A DNA stretch of 62,965 nucleotides, filler included, from Hyphochytrium catenoides (taxonomy: Eukaryota; Protista; Hyphochytriomycota): NCBI GenBank assembly GCA_900088475.1. It is 10 parts of 10 records of this genome, joined end to end, with 100 filler letters (N's around TTAATTAATTAA, not from the genome) between each part and the next. Parts side by side here need not be neighbours in the genome. Positions count along the whole stretch, not along the records: positions 59,797 to 61,184 come from FLMG01003359.1; positions 61,285 to 62,965 come from FLMG01002529.1; 8 more parts are not named here. The stretch is one strand, 5' to 3'. Within the stretch, counting starts at the first letter, position 1. Each line of letters starts with the position of its first letter. Shown here piece after piece: positions 60,678-62,965 of the stretch. The notes under the pieces are model-generated. The model ran no database searches and was not told the origin of the DNA. It worked only from the letters and a program-made list of their open reading frames with translations. Position numbers and translations under genes: made by a program.

Positions 60678-61184
60678 GTACAAGCCCATACTGATATCCT
60701 TACTGGAAGAGAGGGAGAAGAATAAAGATAGGACGGGAGAGAGCGTGGTCCAAAGATTTGAAAGGCTGCAATCTTGGTGGCTAACAGCGCTAGATAGCGC
60801 AAGAGGAAAGGGAGAGAAGCAGAGGGACTTGCCTGAGTCAAGGTACAAGCGGGAAGTCTTAACTGCTGACGGAGAGGAAGACAAAGGGAAAGCAGGAAAG
60901 AAAGAGAGCAGGAAGGCAGGAGCGACAGAAGGACACCCTCGTCAGAAGTTAGAGAGAGCTGGGGTGATATATTATAGGCGAGAAGAAGAAAAACTTGATA
61001 GGCAGATGGGGCAGGATGTCAGTAGACGAGGAATCACTGGAATTGGTTGATTAGCCAGACTTTCTGACTTAGTCCTGATCTCTAGCCGACAGCTGCTGCA
61101 CCTGGGCGGCCAGCTGATAACTTGTTAGCTTTAGAGCTCCTTCTAGGACTCAAAGCTGTTTATCTCAAAGAGGAGGAAGTGCCC

Positions 61185-61284
61185 NNNNNNNNNNNNNNNN
61201 NNNNNNNNNNNNNNNNNNNNNNNNNNNNTTAATTAATTAANNNNNNNNNNNNNNNNNNNNNNNNNNNNNNNNNNNNNNNNNNNN
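61185..61284. other. Artificial contig linker
   Basis: 44 N + TTAATTAATTAA + 44 N. Confidence 0.98.
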
Positions 61285-62577
61285 CCAACAGCTAGGCAGG
61301 ACGGCCACTTCCGTCAGGGACAAGTATAAAGACTGCAACAACCTCGGAGAGTTCAGAAAAGGTGAGGCTCTGGGTGCACCCCTCCTCCTATGAAGATGTC
61401 TCTTCGCTCTCCATGTAGCGGCGGTTATTTTGGCTTTCGTATTCCGCATTGCTTCTCTATGTGGGAAGGCAGTGCCCTCAAAAATAGGAAAGATCTAATC
61501 ACCTCTTAGGTCGCTGGTCGGATGAGGAAGAAGAGGCGCTGCGGAAGCTTGTTGAGAAGCACAGAGGCTCAGGCAAGTGCTCCTGATGGCGTTTGTAGTA
61601 GCGAGAACAAAGAAAGATTGAGAGAAGGAAGAGAGAGGGAGAGAGAAGATAGAGAAGAAACAGGAGTGTCAGAGAGTGATTTTGCTATTCCCCTGTTTGT
61701 TATTCCTCTTGTGCTGTTGTCTCTTAGTAGACCACTCTGTAGTGCGCTTGGCTGTTTTGGCTAGCCTTTCCCTCCTCACTTGATCACACTATAAGATTCT
61801 GCATAGCGTCTTTTTACTTTGTCAACGTCTCTTTTGCACTGTCACTGTCAAAGGTCCTCCCTAGCTCACTTTGTCTCTCTTCCTCTTAACGTTTGGCATC
61901 ATCTTGGCTTTGTCTCCTCAACTAAAGATGGCGTTATCTCGTGGGCCGCGGTCTCCGCTGGCCTTCGCACGAGGAACATGACTGACTGCCGGTGCAAGTG
62001 GCGGCTGATGCAACAGACCGAAAAGAACTTTGAGATTGCCAAGAACTCTGGGTGGGAGAAGCCTAAGCTCAAGAGTGATGGGACGAGACCCAGGACGACC
62101 AATCCCCCTAGAGATATTACTATTTTGAAGGTGGGGATTGTCGACTGGAAAAGGGAGTTCTGGAGCATTTGCCGCTGAGTGTTCAAAGAAAGAGGAGAGA
62201 GCGTAAAGGCAACGGAAGACAGAGGAAATGGAGATTGGGAGGAACTGATATGAGACAGAAGAGCGACTTCAAAAGGAGAGACTGGGCGTACGGTCGTCAC
62301 GTAGGGCTAGTAGTGATATTATAATGGAAAGGGTTGGGGCTTGAGGCTGAAACAAGCTTCTCGGCAATCGTTTGCGGCATAGTGTTGACCTCTTTTTATC
62401 CGTCCGCTCTGCCTATCGCCACTCTCTTTTGCCCCATCTCTCTTGACTCCTAGGACCTGAAGTTACTTGAGGAACTTTATAAGTCAGGAGCCGAGGATTC
62501 CTCTGAGGTAGTTTGGTCTCGCCTGGGCCATCCTCAAGCTCGAACCAGATGGAACCAACTGAAGAGAAACGTCCCTG
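61285..62577 (+). CDS. Myb-repeat DNA-binding protein, DMTF1/TTF1/Reb1-like, partial; exons <61285-61361, 61510-61572, 61928-62130, 62454-62577
   Basis: LGRTATSVRDKY...KG|RWSDEEEEALRKLV...ISWAAVSAGLRTRNMTDCRCKW...|DLKLLEELYKSGAEDSSEVVWSRL...RTRWNQLKRNVP. Confidence 0.88.
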
Positions 62578-62965
62578 GTACTTTCCTGCCTGTCCCGCTT
62601 GCTGCCTATGAACTTGCTCTTTCTTCGTAGTTGTTGAGGCATTGTTCAAGGGACCTTCCCCTGTCGCTATGTGTCTGATCTGAGCCCTTTCTCTCTTAGC
62701 CTGCCTGTTTCCGTTTGTCGGTCTCACTTGAGCATCATTCCCTCTCTTAGTCATCCACCGTTTGACCTCTCATTAGAAGCGATGTAAAATCAGTTCCTCC
62801 TCTTACTGCTATGATTTGAATGCTTCTGATGTGTGACCCAATCTCACTACCCTGACCGCTTCTTCTTACTTTTAGAGTGCGTTTATTTTTCAAGCACGCC
62901 CGCTGATGTATAGTTCTTCATCGTCTGCTGCATGCCCCATCACGCTCTCTCTCCTTGCTTTGCTT

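Noticed and set aside
1515-61284. Nine recurring TTAATTAATTAA palindromes flanked by Ns
   Set aside because: Identical 44N-12-44N format; a scaffolding linker with six-frame stops, not biology
1-62965. tRNA, rRNA, snRNA genes and telomeric repeats
   Set aside because: None recognised by eye; tRNAscan-SE/Infernal would be needed to exclude them

Overview
This is intron-rich eukaryotic nuclear DNA in the standard genetic code, probably from a stramenopile-like protist (inferred from protein style, not tested). It is not one continuous locus. Nine artificial 100-bp linkers (44 N + TTAATTAATTAA + 44 N) join ten unrelated contigs, so neighbourhood across linkers means nothing. (GA)n/(CT)n microsatellites are very abundant and create most of the short ORFs in the ORF track. 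Spliced genes reconstructed by hand: PDH E2 (DLAT, 5' part), secreted class-3 lipase, DUF4286-like 3' end, D-cysteine desulfhydrase/ACC deaminase family, Tim17-family-like membrane protein, USO1/p115, USP10-like deubiquitinase 3' part, delta-9 desaturase 5' exon, coiled-coil+PDZ protein, syntaxin-5, a 7TM receptor fused to a TKL kinase, G3BP, an acidic FxxF-motif protein, a P2X7-ballast-like ORF, a degenerate MECR-like protein, TBC-like and TPR fragments, and a DMTF1/Reb1-like Myb protein. The most interesting observations are: introns polarised as 5'-(GA)n...(CT)n-3' that could fold back; a candidate dynein-activating adaptor with a PDZ domain; a free-standing P2X7 ballast domain next to short direct repeats; the GPCR-TKL fusion; a MECR pseudo-enzyme; and a relic ORF riddled with in-frame TAG stops. 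All family calls come from recognising motifs by eye; no database search was run.
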